Of a DNA stretch of 64,000 nucleotides, positions 1-8,709 are shown one piece after another. Positions within the stretch are counted from its first letter, which is position 1, and each line of letters starts with the position of its first letter. This stretch comes from Elusimicrobiota bacterium (GTDB taxonomy: Bacteria; Elusimicrobiota; Elusimicrobia; Elusimicrobiales; UBA9959): the NCBI GenBank assembly GCA_016234365.1, contig JACRER010000079.1, forward strand, positions 82,233-146,232, given 5' to 3'. The position numbers were made by a program, and so were the translations under genes. The notes below the pieces were generated by a model. The model made no database searches, was not told the DNA's origin, and saw nothing but the letters and a program-made list of their open reading frames with translations.

Positions 1-3000
1 CAGGAAACCAGGGTTTCAGGCCTGAACCTGCTCACGACGTATTATTTCTCGATACGGGCCGAGGACGAACTCGGCAACCGCGCCGGCCTTTCCAACGAGG
101 TCGCCATTTTTAAGGGTTTCGTGAAAGCCGCCACGGTCACGGTGAACGGGGTCCCCGAAGTAACTTTCCTGGCGCCCGTGCCGCCAAGCGTAGCGCTCGT
201 CAGCACGGTTTCCGCGACGGGGACCGTGGCCATAGCGTCCGCCGCTGCAGGCGGGTTGACGCTGGCGGGCAATATGTATGAGATAGGCCCGGAAACCACT
301 TTTGATCCGCCGGCCGTGCTGACGTTCACTTACTCCACGGCAACGCTGGCGGCGCTGGGCTTATGGGAAACGGATATAGCCATATACGAGCATTTTGCGG
401 GCGAAGGATGGGTTAAGCTGCCGGGGCAGGCGCTGGACACGACGGCACATAAAATTACGGTCCCGGTATCCCGCGTGGCGTCGCTTTTCGGCGTGTTCGG
501 CATTGTCAAGGACCGCGCCGCGCCGGTGACGGGGATCTCCTATCTCGGGCCTGATCATCGCGCCGACGGCAAAATATTCCTTGCCGGCGGCTCCAGCGTT
601 ACCCTGTCGGCTTATGACCCGGTGGTCTACGGCACTTCCACCGGCGTGGCCTTTACCGAATACCGAATCGACCCCGGCACTTCACCCGCCTTTGCAGTCT
701 ACTCTGCGCCATTCAACTTGTCCGAAGGCTTGCGCCTGATAGAGTTCCGCAGCCGGGACCATGCCGGGAACTTTGAGGTTGCCGGGGCCACGGAGGTTTA
801 TGTGGACGCCTCCGCGCCGCAGACGAGCGCGCTCATTTCCGGAACCACTGGGCAGGAGGGTTGGTATGTTTCAGCCGCTACTGTGGCCCTGTCGGCCGTC
901 GACGGCCTCAGCGGGGTGAAGGGGTTGTACTGGCTGAGCGGGGCGTCGACCGACACCCGGAAATATGTTTCCCCTCTTGAGTTCAGTTCCGAAGGGATAC
1001 ATGCCCTGCGCTATTATGCCGTGGATAATGTCGGCAACAGGGAAGAGGAAAAAGCGACGGAGATAAAAATAGATCTTTACGGGCCGCAGATCTCGGCGGT
1101 TAGCACTCCGACTGCCAATGCGGCGGGTTGGAACAATACGGATGTGAACGTTGTTTTCTCGGGGACTGACGCCGTATCCGGCCTGGCCGGCTGCGACGCT
1201 CCGAAGATGGTGACGGAAGAAGGGCCCGCTGTGCGGGTTTCCGGGGGCTGCGAGGACCGCGCCGGCAACCGTTCGCTGATGGAAGTGGCATTGAAAATAG
1301 ACAAAACAGCGCCGGTGGTAGGTATCTCCTCCCCTACGTCCGGTGTTTTTATTGCCACTAAAAGGAAAATCATCGCCCTGTTCTCCGTATTCGACGCGCT
1401 TGACGCCGCGCCGGAGACAAGAGCGGAGCTTGTGCAGACGGAGGACAGCGGCAGCCAGCGCGGTGACAGGCCGGACAGGGTCGCGGTAATTAGCGGCCAG
1501 GAGATAGAACCGCTGGATATAGACGACGGGTTGTGGAAACTGGCGGTGAGCGCCATGGATGCCGCCGGCAATACAACGTATCTGGAAGGCGTGACTTTTG
1601 AGGTGATACATGATGTGCGGCCTCCCAGGAGTACGCAGACGGTTTCCGGCGGTCCTCTGTATGAAACCGGCGGGTTGGTATATATAACCGGGAAGACAGA
1701 GTTGAAACTGGCCAGTATTGACGACCTGGTGGAGAGCGGAGACGGCGCGGGGCTTGGTGTGAGGCGGCAGAATCTTGGCGTGGCAACAGGTGGCGCGACG
1801 GTGAGGGGCGTCGTCTTTGAGGATCCGTGGCCGGCGCAGGGTGGAGTCTTTGTGTCTACGTTCACGCTCATCGGGGAGCCGGACGGCGCATATCCGCTGC
1901 GCTATAACGCCGAGGATATACTTGGAAATATCGAGAGCGTAAGGGTAAGCACTGTTTCCCTGGATAATACCGCGCCGGAAAGCACGCACCGCTTTGGCGC
2001 TCCGCATTATGCCGGCGCCGGCATGGACTATGTTTCGGCGGGCACGCCGCTAAACTTTTCTGTGCTGGACCCTGTTTTCGGCGGGGTCGCCGCCGGGGTG
2101 TCGCTTACAAAGTATCGTCTGGACGAGGGAGAGTGGCGGATATACTCAGGCAGCTTTACCGTGCTCACCGAGGGGCTGCACAAGCTGGAATACTATAGCT
2201 TTGACAATCTGATGAACGCGGAGCAGATGAGGACGGCGGAAATAAGCGTCGATAACACCCCTCCGGCCACAACGGTGGCTCTTGGAGAACCCAAGTTCGA
2301 GATGCTCGGCTTGCCGGTCCTCGCGCCGGAAGCTGTTATCAGTTTAAGCGCCGCGGACGCCGTGTCCGCGGGTGTGGCTTCAGGGGTGAAGCAGATAGTC
2401 TATGAGGCCAGGAATGCCGCCACAGGCGCGTCCTCCGTCAATAGTTATACCGGACCTTTCACTTTGCCGCAGGGGACCTATGACTTGCGCTATTGGTCGA
2501 CCGATAATCTCGGTAATGTGGAGACCTATAAACAAATCCGCTTTGGAGTGGCGGCCTTCCAGAAAGATTCGCTGCAGGCCGTGGACGGCCTGGATATGTC
2601 CGGGAGCGCGGATATTTCCGGAGCCGTCAGGTCCAACGCGCTAGTTTCCGTGAGCGGCAGCGCGCGCATACTTGGCGACGTTACGGCCAGCACAATTACT
2701 GTTTCCGGAAAGGCCCAGATAACAGGCCAGCGCATAACCGGCGCGCAACCGCTGGCTCCGGAACCGCTGCATCTTGGAGCCATTCCCGAGGTCCAGCCCA
2801 GCACGGTTCCTGCCGGCTATGTGGTGGACGGCAGGCTTGTTGTGAGTTCGCAGGCCAGGCTTGTCCTGTCGACCGGGACATACTACTTCAGCGGGGTAGA
2901 ACTTTCCGGCGGCAGCGAGATAGTTGTGGATGGGAAAGTGGATATGCTGGTGTCAGGCGACGTGCTTGTCAGCGGCGGCAGTTCGTTCAATGCGGCAGGG

Positions 3001-3597
3001 CCGGCCTCGAATTTAAACATTCTTATCAACGTCCCTTCCACGATGACCTTTACCGGCGGCGGTAACCTTGTGGCAATGGTCTATGCCCCGAAAACACAGA
3101 TGAAACTGGCGGGGAATGCTTTGCTGGGTGGACATTTCTTTGTGCGGTCGGCGCTGGTAAGCGGCAACGGCAATATAGTGCAGGCGGGGGAAGTTTTGCC
3201 TGAAGTCGCTCCCGAATCCGGAGGCGGGAAAACGAAGACCTCCGCTTTCGGTGTACAAAGCTATGGGGTGTTGGCCGGTCCGTCCCCGGAATTCCGTCTC
3301 GGAGAAGTGTATGTGTATCCGGACCCGGCCAGGCGTTCCGAGATCCCGGTGTTCCACATTGAATGCGGCATAGCGGATAGCGTGACCATTAGCATTTATG
3401 CCATAAGCGGACGGCAGGCGCATGAGGTGACTTTAACGGGGCTGCCGGTTGCGTTGGACGATGGTAACGGCTTGAGCTATGCTTATGAATATTCCTGGCG
3501 CGGGCATATTCCGAGCGGAATTTACCTGTATTCCATAGAGGCGCGGCACGCAGGACAGAAATTAAAGAAGACCGGGAAATTTGGGGTGGTCCGCTAG
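1..3597 (+). CDS. Giant secreted surface protein (5' partial): FN3 end, ZU5/GAIN-like segment, multiple Ig-like (OmpL47-type) repeats, beta-helix-like region, C-terminal T9SS sorting-domain-like tail
   Basis: Frame 1 is open from base 1 (QETRVSGLNLLTTYYFSIRAEDELGNRAGLSN, FN3-like), so the true start is upstream of the window. Repeated D-x-x-P-P-x-T ... G-x-H-x-L-x-Y-x-x-x-D-x-x-GN-x-E units. Tail VYVYPDP...VTISIYAISGRQ...WRGHIPSGIYLYSI...KTGKFGVVR. Confidence 0.75.
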   Translation, partial: QETRVSGLNLLTTYYFSIRAEDELGNRAGLSNEVAIFKGFVKAATVTVNGVPEVTFLAPVPPSVALVSTVSATGTVAIASAAAGGLTLAGNMYEIGPETTFDPPAVLTFTYSTATLAALGLWETDIAIYEHFAGEGWVKLPGQALDTTAHKITVPVSRVASLFGVFGIVKDRAAPVTGISYLGPDHRADGKIFLAGGSSVTLSAYDPVVYGTSTGVAFTEYRIDPGTSPAFAVYSAPFNLSEGLRLIEFRSRDHAGNFEVAGATEVYVDASAPQTSALISGTTGQEGWYVSAATVALSAVDGLSGVKGLYWLSGASTDTRKYVSPLEFSSEGIHALRYYAVDNVGNREEEKATEIKIDLYGPQISAVSTPTANAAGWNNTDVNVVFSGTDAVSGLAGCDAPKMVTEEGPAVRVSGGCEDRAGNRSLMEVALKIDKTAPVVGISSPTSGVFIATKRKIIALFSVFDALDAAPETRAELVQTEDSGSQRGDRPDRVAVISGQEIEPLDIDDGLWKLAVSAMDAAGNTTYLEGVTFEVIHDVRPPRSTQTVSGGPLYETGGLVYITGKTELKLASIDDLVESGDGAGLGVRRQNLGVATGGATVRGVVFEDPWPAQGGVFVSTFTLIGEPDGAYPLRYNAEDILGNIESVRVSTVSLDNTAPESTHRFGAPHYAGAGMDYVSAGTPLNFSVLDPVFGGVAAGVSLTKYRLDEGEWRIYSGSFTVLTEGLHKLEYYSFDNLMNAEQMRTAEISVDNTPPATTVALGEPKFEMLGLPVLAPEAVISLSAADAVSAGVASGVKQIVYEARNAATGASSVNSYTGPFTLPQGTYDLRYWSTDNLGNVETYKQIRFGVAAFQKDSLQAVDGLDMSGSADISGAVRSNALVSVSGSARILGDVTASTITVSGKAQITGQRITGAQPLAPEPLHLGAIPEVQPSTVPAGYVVDGRLVVSSQARLVLSTGTYYFSGVELSGGSEIVVDGKVDMLVSGDVLVSGGSSFNAAGPASNLNILINVPSTMTFTGGGNLVAMVYAPKTQMKLAGNALLGGHFFVRSALVSGNGNIVQAGEVLPEVAPESGGGKTKTSAFGVQSYGVLAGPSPEFRLGEVYVYPDPARRSEIPVFHIECGIADSVTISIYAISGRQAHEVTLTGLPVALDDGNGLSYAYEYSWRGHIPSGIYLYSIEARHAGQKLKKTGKFGVVR

Positions 3598-3609
3598 CGA
3601 GGGGGAAAT

Positions 3610-4581
3610 ATGGAAAACAAACATATCCCTCAACATGATGTGGTCAACCGCGTGTTCTATGCTTTGTCGCGGCCGTGGGTCCTGGCTTTGTTATTGATGT
3701 TCGTACTACTGCCTTCGGCGATGATAACCCAAGCGCTGGAAAGTGGCGCCGAATTCCTGCGTATAGACACGGACGCGCGGGCGGGGGCCATGTCTTCTGG
3801 CGGAACGGCCTCGGCCATGGGTATAAGCGCCATAAGTTATAACCCGGCGGGGCTTGTCTCTATGAGCAGGGGCGAGGCGGCATTAAGCCACAGTGCCTGG
3901 TATCTGGGCAGTATGCATGACTTTGTGGGCGCGGGGTTCGGCATGGCCAAAGGCTGGAAGTTAGGCCTCGGCTTCACACGGCTTTCGGCCGGCGACATGG
4001 AGGGCCGCACGGCCGACCGTGGTAAAAGCGGTGGCTATAGTGCCTATGACCAGGCGGCTGGGTTGGCGGTGGCAAAGCAGTTCGGGGCCTATAGCGCCGG
4101 AGGTGCGGTGAAGTATATAGAAAGTTCAATAGCCGGGACCAAGGGCACTGGCTATGCTGTGGACCTGGGGTTGAAGCGCGGGTTTAAGGCGGTGCCGGTC
4201 AGCATAGGCGTGGCGGTGCAGAACATTGGCCCTGGCATCAAGTATATTTCACAGCGCGACCAACTGCCGTTGAGTGTAAGCGCCGGAGTGGTGTTTATGC
4301 CCATATCGGGCGTAATGCTTAACTTTGATGCCAAGCGCTATGTTTACGACAAGTACACGACCTACAGCCTTGGCACGGAGTATGTCTTGTTCGGTGGCAA
4401 CAGCAGCGCCTATGGGGTAAGCCTGCGCGGCGGAGTTAACGGCCAGCCGGAGCAGGGTGCGGCGGGCGCGTTCAGCGCGGGAGCGGGCATAAAATTCATG
4501 AACGCCGACCTGGACTACTCCATGACGCCGCAGGGAAGCCTGGGTGGCACGCAGCGCATAACGCTGAAGAAGAAATTTTGA
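3610..4581 (+). CDS. PorV/PorQ (UPF0164)-family outer-membrane beta-barrel
   Basis: Hydrophobic signal region, GAEFLRIDTDARAGAM motif, YNPAGL, alternating beta-strands, C-terminal Phe (LKKKF); GGGGG RBS. Confidence 0.8.
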   Translation: MENKHIPQHDVVNRVFYALSRPWVLALLLMFVLLPSAMITQALESGAEFLRIDTDARAGAMSSGGTASAMGISAISYNPAGLVSMSRGEAALSHSAWYLGSMHDFVGAGFGMAKGWKLGLGFTRLSAGDMEGRTADRGKSGGYSAYDQAAGLAVAKQFGAYSAGGAVKYIESSIAGTKGTGYAVDLGLKRGFKAVPVSIGVAVQNIGPGIKYISQRDQLPLSVSAGVVFMPISGVMLNFDAKRYVYDKYTTYSLGTEYVLFGGNSSAYGVSLRGGVNGQPEQGAAGAFSAGAGIKFMNADLDYSMTPQGSLGGTQRITLKKKF

Positions 4582-4589
4582 GGGCGCAT

Positions 4590-5384
4590 ATGGCTGAAAT
4601 AAAATTAGCCCATGTGCCGCAACCCCTCAGTAGCGGCAGCCAGGAAGAAAAGCTTGCGGCGCTTCGGGAGCTCTTCGCGCTGGCAGAGCAGAGCCGCGCC
4701 AAAGCCGATGCTCCTTCTGACGATTATGGGGTAGTCCCGGGTGACAAACCATGGCGGGAATTCCGCGGGGTTGTCGGCCGCCCGCTCTTTGACCAGCTAA
4801 CGGCAATTGTTCGTTACGATCCACCCTCGGAAGTTCGTGAATTAGCCGGGGACATAATGGCGTTGCTCCTGCATCCGTGCGCTGTGGGCCGCGTACTCGA
4901 ACTCTACGAACGCCGCGCCTCGGAAGCGGATGATCCCCCGCCGTTGCGGATATACAAAAACCTGGGCGACATAGGTACCGGAGGTGCGGCCCGGGCGCTG
5001 ATGTGGCTTTGGGGTTCAAGGTGGGGCGCAGATATGGCCGGGGCGCTCGGGAAGTGCAAGTCCAGCGCCGCGCAGAAGTTCCTGATAAGGGAGGCCGTGG
5101 CGCACCCAAGTTCCCATGTGCGCCAGATGTGCCTTGCGTATGTGAAACTGCCGCTCACAAAGGCGAAGATAGATCTGTTCCTGGACCGGCTCCGGAACGG
5201 GACTTATAATGAGAGGTTCACTGCAATTCTGAAGGTGCAGGAACTGCGTGTAGGCCGCGCGCTGGAAACGCTTGTGGCTATGCGCGAAGAGAGCGAAAAT
5301 GCGGACTTCATCGGATTTATAAACGACGTTCTTCCGGTTCTGTCGGGAAGAAAGATGGTTGCCGCCGGGGGGAAGCAGGCCTGA
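4590..5384 (+). CDS. HEAT-repeat-like helical protein
   Basis: Repeated EVRELAGDIM / HVRQMCLAY / NERFTAILKV helical motifs; ATG at 4590 preferred over TTG at 4578. Confidence 0.55.
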   Translation: MAEIKLAHVPQPLSSGSQEEKLAALRELFALAEQSRAKADAPSDDYGVVPGDKPWREFRGVVGRPLFDQLTAIVRYDPPSEVRELAGDIMALLLHPCAVGRVLELYERRASEADDPPPLRIYKNLGDIGTGGAARALMWLWGSRWGADMAGALGKCKSSAAQKFLIREAVAHPSSHVRQMCLAYVKLPLTKAKIDLFLDRLRNGTYNERFTAILKVQELRVGRALETLVAMREESENADFIGFINDVLPVLSGRKMVAAGGKQA

Positions 5385-5415
5385 AAACAAAATTATCGGA
5401 TTTGTGGAATCGCGG

Positions 5416-5444
5416 ACCGGGCTTGGCAGGCAAGCCCGGTTTTA
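5416..5444. terminator. Intrinsic terminator between convergent genes
   Basis: accgggcttg-gcagg-caagcccggt hairpin followed by a T-rich tract. Confidence 0.65.
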
Positions 5445-5774
5445 CTTTTTGTAATGAGAGACGATATCTTTTACCAGGCCAAGGACCAGGGCTTTGCGCT
5501 TTGTGTCCAACCCGCTGATGAGGTTTTCCACGGCAGTCTCGTAAAGGCGTTCTTTCCCGTGAGGGGATGTCTGGAACAGGTCCCCCGGGCTGGTTTTGAG
5601 CGCTTTGGCGATGGCGGCGAAAGTCTTGAGGCTCGGGACATTGGCCCCGCGCTCGATCTGTCCGTAAAATGACATATCTATCCCGGCCTTTTCCGCAACC
5701 TGGGCCTGGGTCATCCGCATTGCTTTCCTGACGGATTTCATGCGTCCGCCTATTTCCGAATAGAAACTGTCCAT
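5442..5774 (-). CDS. XRE-family helix-turn-helix transcriptional regulator
   Basis: RKAMRMTQAQVAEKAGIDMSFYGQIERGANVPSLKTFAAIAKAL is a classic HTH_3 pattern. Confidence 0.9.
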   Translation of the reverse strand: MDSFYSEIGGRMKSVRKAMRMTQAQVAEKAGIDMSFYGQIERGANVPSLKTFAAIAKALKTSPGDLFQTSPHGKERLYETAVENLISGLDTKRKALVLGLVKDIVSHYKK

Positions 5775-5821
5775 AGATACAATTGAAAGACATTTTTGCC
5801 GCCGCCGGAAGATATTATAGG

Positions 5822-5855
5822 CCCTGTTGACAGGGTTTATAAACCTATATAAAAT
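5822..5855 (+). promoter_or_regulatory. Sigma70 promoter overlapped by two palindromes (candidate XRE operators)
   Basis: TTGACA (5827-5832), 17 bp, TAAAAT (5850-5855); palindromes ccctgt-tg-acaggg (5822-5835) and ggtttataaacc (5834-5845). Confidence 0.7.
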
Positions 5856-5990
5856 ATGGTAGTGGTTGGGGGACTTTAAGGCATCATGTTAAGGACTATT
5901 GGAGCGCGGTCGCTTTTGCGACCGGGTTGATGGTTTTGCCGTAAATAGCAGCGCTTTTGTGCGGTAAGCGGCCTTTAGCGGTGTTGGGAT

Positions 5991-6395
5991 ATGGTGATTA
6001 TGCCCCAGAAGAAAATATTAGTTATTGATGATGAGGTGGTCTGGCACAGGCTGTTGGAGAAGCTTCTTTGCCCGTTGGGGTATCTGGTTTACGCCGCCGC
6101 CTCCTGCGCGGACGGTATCCGACTTGCCGGTGAGGTGCGCCCCGACTGCATAGTGCTGGATTTTCACTTGCAGGACGGCGACGCGGTGAGCGTCTGCACG
6201 GCTATACGCGATAACAGGGCTATCGGCAGGACGCCCATACTGATATTCAGTTCCGACCCCGCGGCGGAGATAGCGGCGTATTCTTCCTGCCGGGCCAACG
6301 GATTCCTTCATAAAGGCGCGGGGGTTATGGCCGGGTTATGTGTGGCCATAAAAGATATTTTGGCGTCCGCTGTTTCGGAGCCCAGGGAGTCCTGA
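5991..6395 (+). CDS. Stand-alone response regulator receiver domain
   Basis: ILVIDDE, phosphoacceptor LDFHL, IFSS, GFLHKG. Confidence 0.9.
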   Translation: MVIMPQKKILVIDDEVVWHRLLEKLLCPLGYLVYAAASCADGIRLAGEVRPDCIVLDFHLQDGDAVSVCTAIRDNRAIGRTPILIFSSDPAAEIAAYSSCRANGFLHKGAGVMAGLCVAIKDILASAVSEPRES

Positions 6396-6847
6396 CTCTG
6401 GAGGGTGGCGCTTATAGATAGCGGCGGGCGGCTTTTCATCCCAACCCCTACCCCAGCCCACAGGAAGGCCGTCCGCCCTTAGTTTACTCCATAGGATCCC
6501 GCACGAAAGGTGTTCTGCGCCTTATAAAAGCCCGGAGTTGATGCGCGCGGGGAATAATTTTCTGTTCTGTAATAAGAGCGGGGCACCTTATGGTGGAGTA
6601 GAGCGAGCCCGCAGCCGGCCCTCTGATGGGCCGGCGTGTGGGCGAGCCTGCGGACCCTCCTTCTCGCGGCAAGGAGCAGTGCTGGGCCGCGCTTCGTGGC
6701 CACGCCTGCGACGACATCTCGCGGATAAGATCCGCCTACCGCAGATTTCACGGCTGATCGCCGGTATTTATAAGTCAACCTCAGGATGTTGCGCAAAGTA
6801 GTCGCGAATTTCATCCTGAAAGGACCGCCAAATTTTCCGAGAAAATT

Positions 6848-6935
6848 TGGCGGAGAGGGAGGGATTCGAACCCTCGAAGGTTTGACCCTTACAGGTTTTC
6901 GAGACCTGCTGTTTCAACCGCTCACACACCTCTCC
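6848..6935 (-). tRNA. tRNA-Ser(CGA)
   Basis: Reverse complement GGAGAGGTGTGTGAGCGGTTGAAACAGCAGGTCT-CGA-AAACCTG...GGTTCGAATCCCTCCCTCTCCGCCA; long variable arm, encoded CCA. Confidence 0.95.
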
Positions 6936-7105
6936 ACCTGTCGCGCCCCTCGCTTGCGCTCGGGGCCGAATGCGGCCCGCCTTTAGAAGTGACGGCCGGC
7001 GCTCCACAAGGAGGGCTCTGCCCTCCATTTCATCGTCGCTTGCTCCCTGCGCCGCGCTTGGTCGCCGCGCTGAACCACCCGAAGATGAAAAACTTTACAA
7101 AGAAC

Positions 7106-7196
7106 TGGCGGAAGGAGTGGGATTCGAACCCACGGTACGCATTAAGCGTACACCGGTTTTCAAGACCGGCGCCTTAAACCGCTCGGCCATCCTTCC
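7106..7196 (-). tRNA. tRNA-Ser(TGA)
   Basis: Reverse complement GGAAGGATGGCCGAGCGGTTTAAGGCGCCGGTCT-TGA-AAACCGG...GGTTCGAATCCCACTCCTTCCGCCA. Confidence 0.95.
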
Positions 7197-7226
7197 CTGC
7201 CGGGCCTTACAGCGCCGTGAACAGAA

Positions 7227-7246
7227 TGATATAATATAAAATTATA
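7227..7246. promoter_or_regulatory. Overlapping divergent -10 elements for glmM and the tRNA-Ser pair
   Basis: Plus strand extended -10 TGATATAAT (7227-7235); minus strand TATAAT (attata, 7241-7246) within an AT-rich patch. Confidence 0.5.
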
Positions 7247-7275
7247 GTTCGTTATTAAAAGCGGGAAGGTAGCGC

Positions 7276-8640
7276 ATGGGAAAATTGTTCGGCACGGACG
7301 GCATACGCGGCATTACCTGGGACTATCCCTTTACCCCGGATTTCATCCGCCGGATAGGCTACGCGGCCTCGCTGGTGCTGCCCAAGTATAAGAAGAAGGG
7401 CCACACCGGCAAGCCGGTGGTGCTCATAGGCATGGATTCGCGCGCCTCCGGCCGGCTCATAAAGAAGTACCTGGTGGAAGGCCTTGGCGCGAGCCGGTTC
7501 AAAGTGGTGGACCTGGGCATCATCCCTACCCCGGCCGTCTCCTACCTGGTGAAACGCGAGAACGCCGACTTCGGCATAGTCATCTCCGCCAGCCACAACC
7601 CGCCCGAATTCAACGGCATAAAGTTCTTTTCCAGCGAAGGCCTCAAGCTCAACGACGCCATAGAGGGTAAGATAGAAGCGCTGCTGCTCGGCAAAAAGCC
7701 GCTCGCCTTCCGTCCGTCGCACCCCGGCCTCCACAAGAAAGATTTCACGCGCGACTACGAGGATTTCCTCAAGTGCACCCTGCCGCCCGGCTTCACGCTC
7801 AAAGGCCTGAAGATCCTGCTGGACTGCGCCAACGGCGCCGCCTACAAGATAGCTCCCCGCATTTTCCGCGACCTGGGCGCGAAAGTAAAGGTCATAGGCG
7901 ACAAACCCAACGGCAAGAACATCAACATGGGCTGCGGCGCGCTCCACACGGAGAAGATGGCCGCGGCCGCCGCTAAATGGGGCGCTTTCTGCGGCATCAG
8001 CTTCGACGGCGACGCCGACCGCTGCATGTTCGCCGACGAAAAAGGTTTCCAGCTGGACGGCGACGACGTGATAGCCATGGCCGCCCCCTACATGAAGCAG
8101 CGCGGCCGCCTCACCAACAGCGGCGTGTCGCTCACCTTTATGTCCAACTACGGCCTGCTCAAGTACCTCAAGAGCCAGGGCATAAGCGTGGCCCAGGTGC
8201 CGGTGGGGGACAAGAACGTCACCGACGCCATGGTGAATGGCGACCTGAAGCTGGGCGGCGAGACCAGCGGCCACATCATTTTCCGCGAGTTCGCCCCCAC
8301 GGGCGACGGCGTGCTGACGGCGCTGCAGACGCTGGCGGCCGTGCTGGACATGGGCAAACCTTTCAGCTGGTTCCGCCGGCACTGGAGCCGCTACCCGCAG
8401 GTGGTGGAGAAGGTGAAGGTGGCCAGCAAGCCCGCTTTCAAGGCGGTGCCCGGCTTTGCCGACAAGCTTTCCAGGCTCGAGAGCGGCCTTAAGGGCAACG
8501 GCCGCATCTTTATCCGTTATTCCGGCACCGAGCCGCTGCTGCGCCTGCTGGTGGAGGGCGAGAGCAAGGCCGAGATCAAGGCCATCGCCGACGACCTGCT
8601 GGCGCATTATAAGAAGCATTCCGGCGCGCTCGCAATTTAG
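7276..8640 (+). CDS. glmM: Phosphoglucosamine mutase
   Basis: FGTDGIRG, ISASHNP, DGDADR, GGETSGH, RYSGTEP motifs. Confidence 0.95.
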   Translation: MGKLFGTDGIRGITWDYPFTPDFIRRIGYAASLVLPKYKKKGHTGKPVVLIGMDSRASGRLIKKYLVEGLGASRFKVVDLGIIPTPAVSYLVKRENADFGIVISASHNPPEFNGIKFFSSEGLKLNDAIEGKIEALLLGKKPLAFRPSHPGLHKKDFTRDYEDFLKCTLPPGFTLKGLKILLDCANGAAYKIAPRIFRDLGAKVKVIGDKPNGKNINMGCGALHTEKMAAAAAKWGAFCGISFDGDADRCMFADEKGFQLDGDDVIAMAAPYMKQRGRLTNSGVSLTFMSNYGLLKYLKSQGISVAQVPVGDKNVTDAMVNGDLKLGGETSGHIIFREFAPTGDGVLTALQTLAAVLDMGKPFSWFRRHWSRYPQVVEKVKVASKPAFKAVPGFADKLSRLESGLKGNGRIFIRYSGTEPLLRLLVEGESKAEIKAIADDLLAHYKKHSGALAI

Positions 8641-8645
8641 GGACC

Positions 8646-8692
8646 GGGGACATAGCACAAATTTTGTCCCAAAAAATTTGCGCTGTGTCCCC
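8646..8692. repeat. REP-like intergenic palindrome (GGGGACA...TGTCCCC)
   Basis: ggggacatagcacaaattt-tgtcccaaa-aaatttgcgctgtgtcccc imperfect inverted repeat. Confidence 0.5.
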
Positions 8693-8709
8693 AGATCAAG
8701 GAGAAAATC

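Noticed and set aside
6479-7239. Short ORFs around the tRNA-Ser genes
   Set aside because: They overlap tRNAs or hairpin-rich spacer DNA and lack RBS and protein-like composition.
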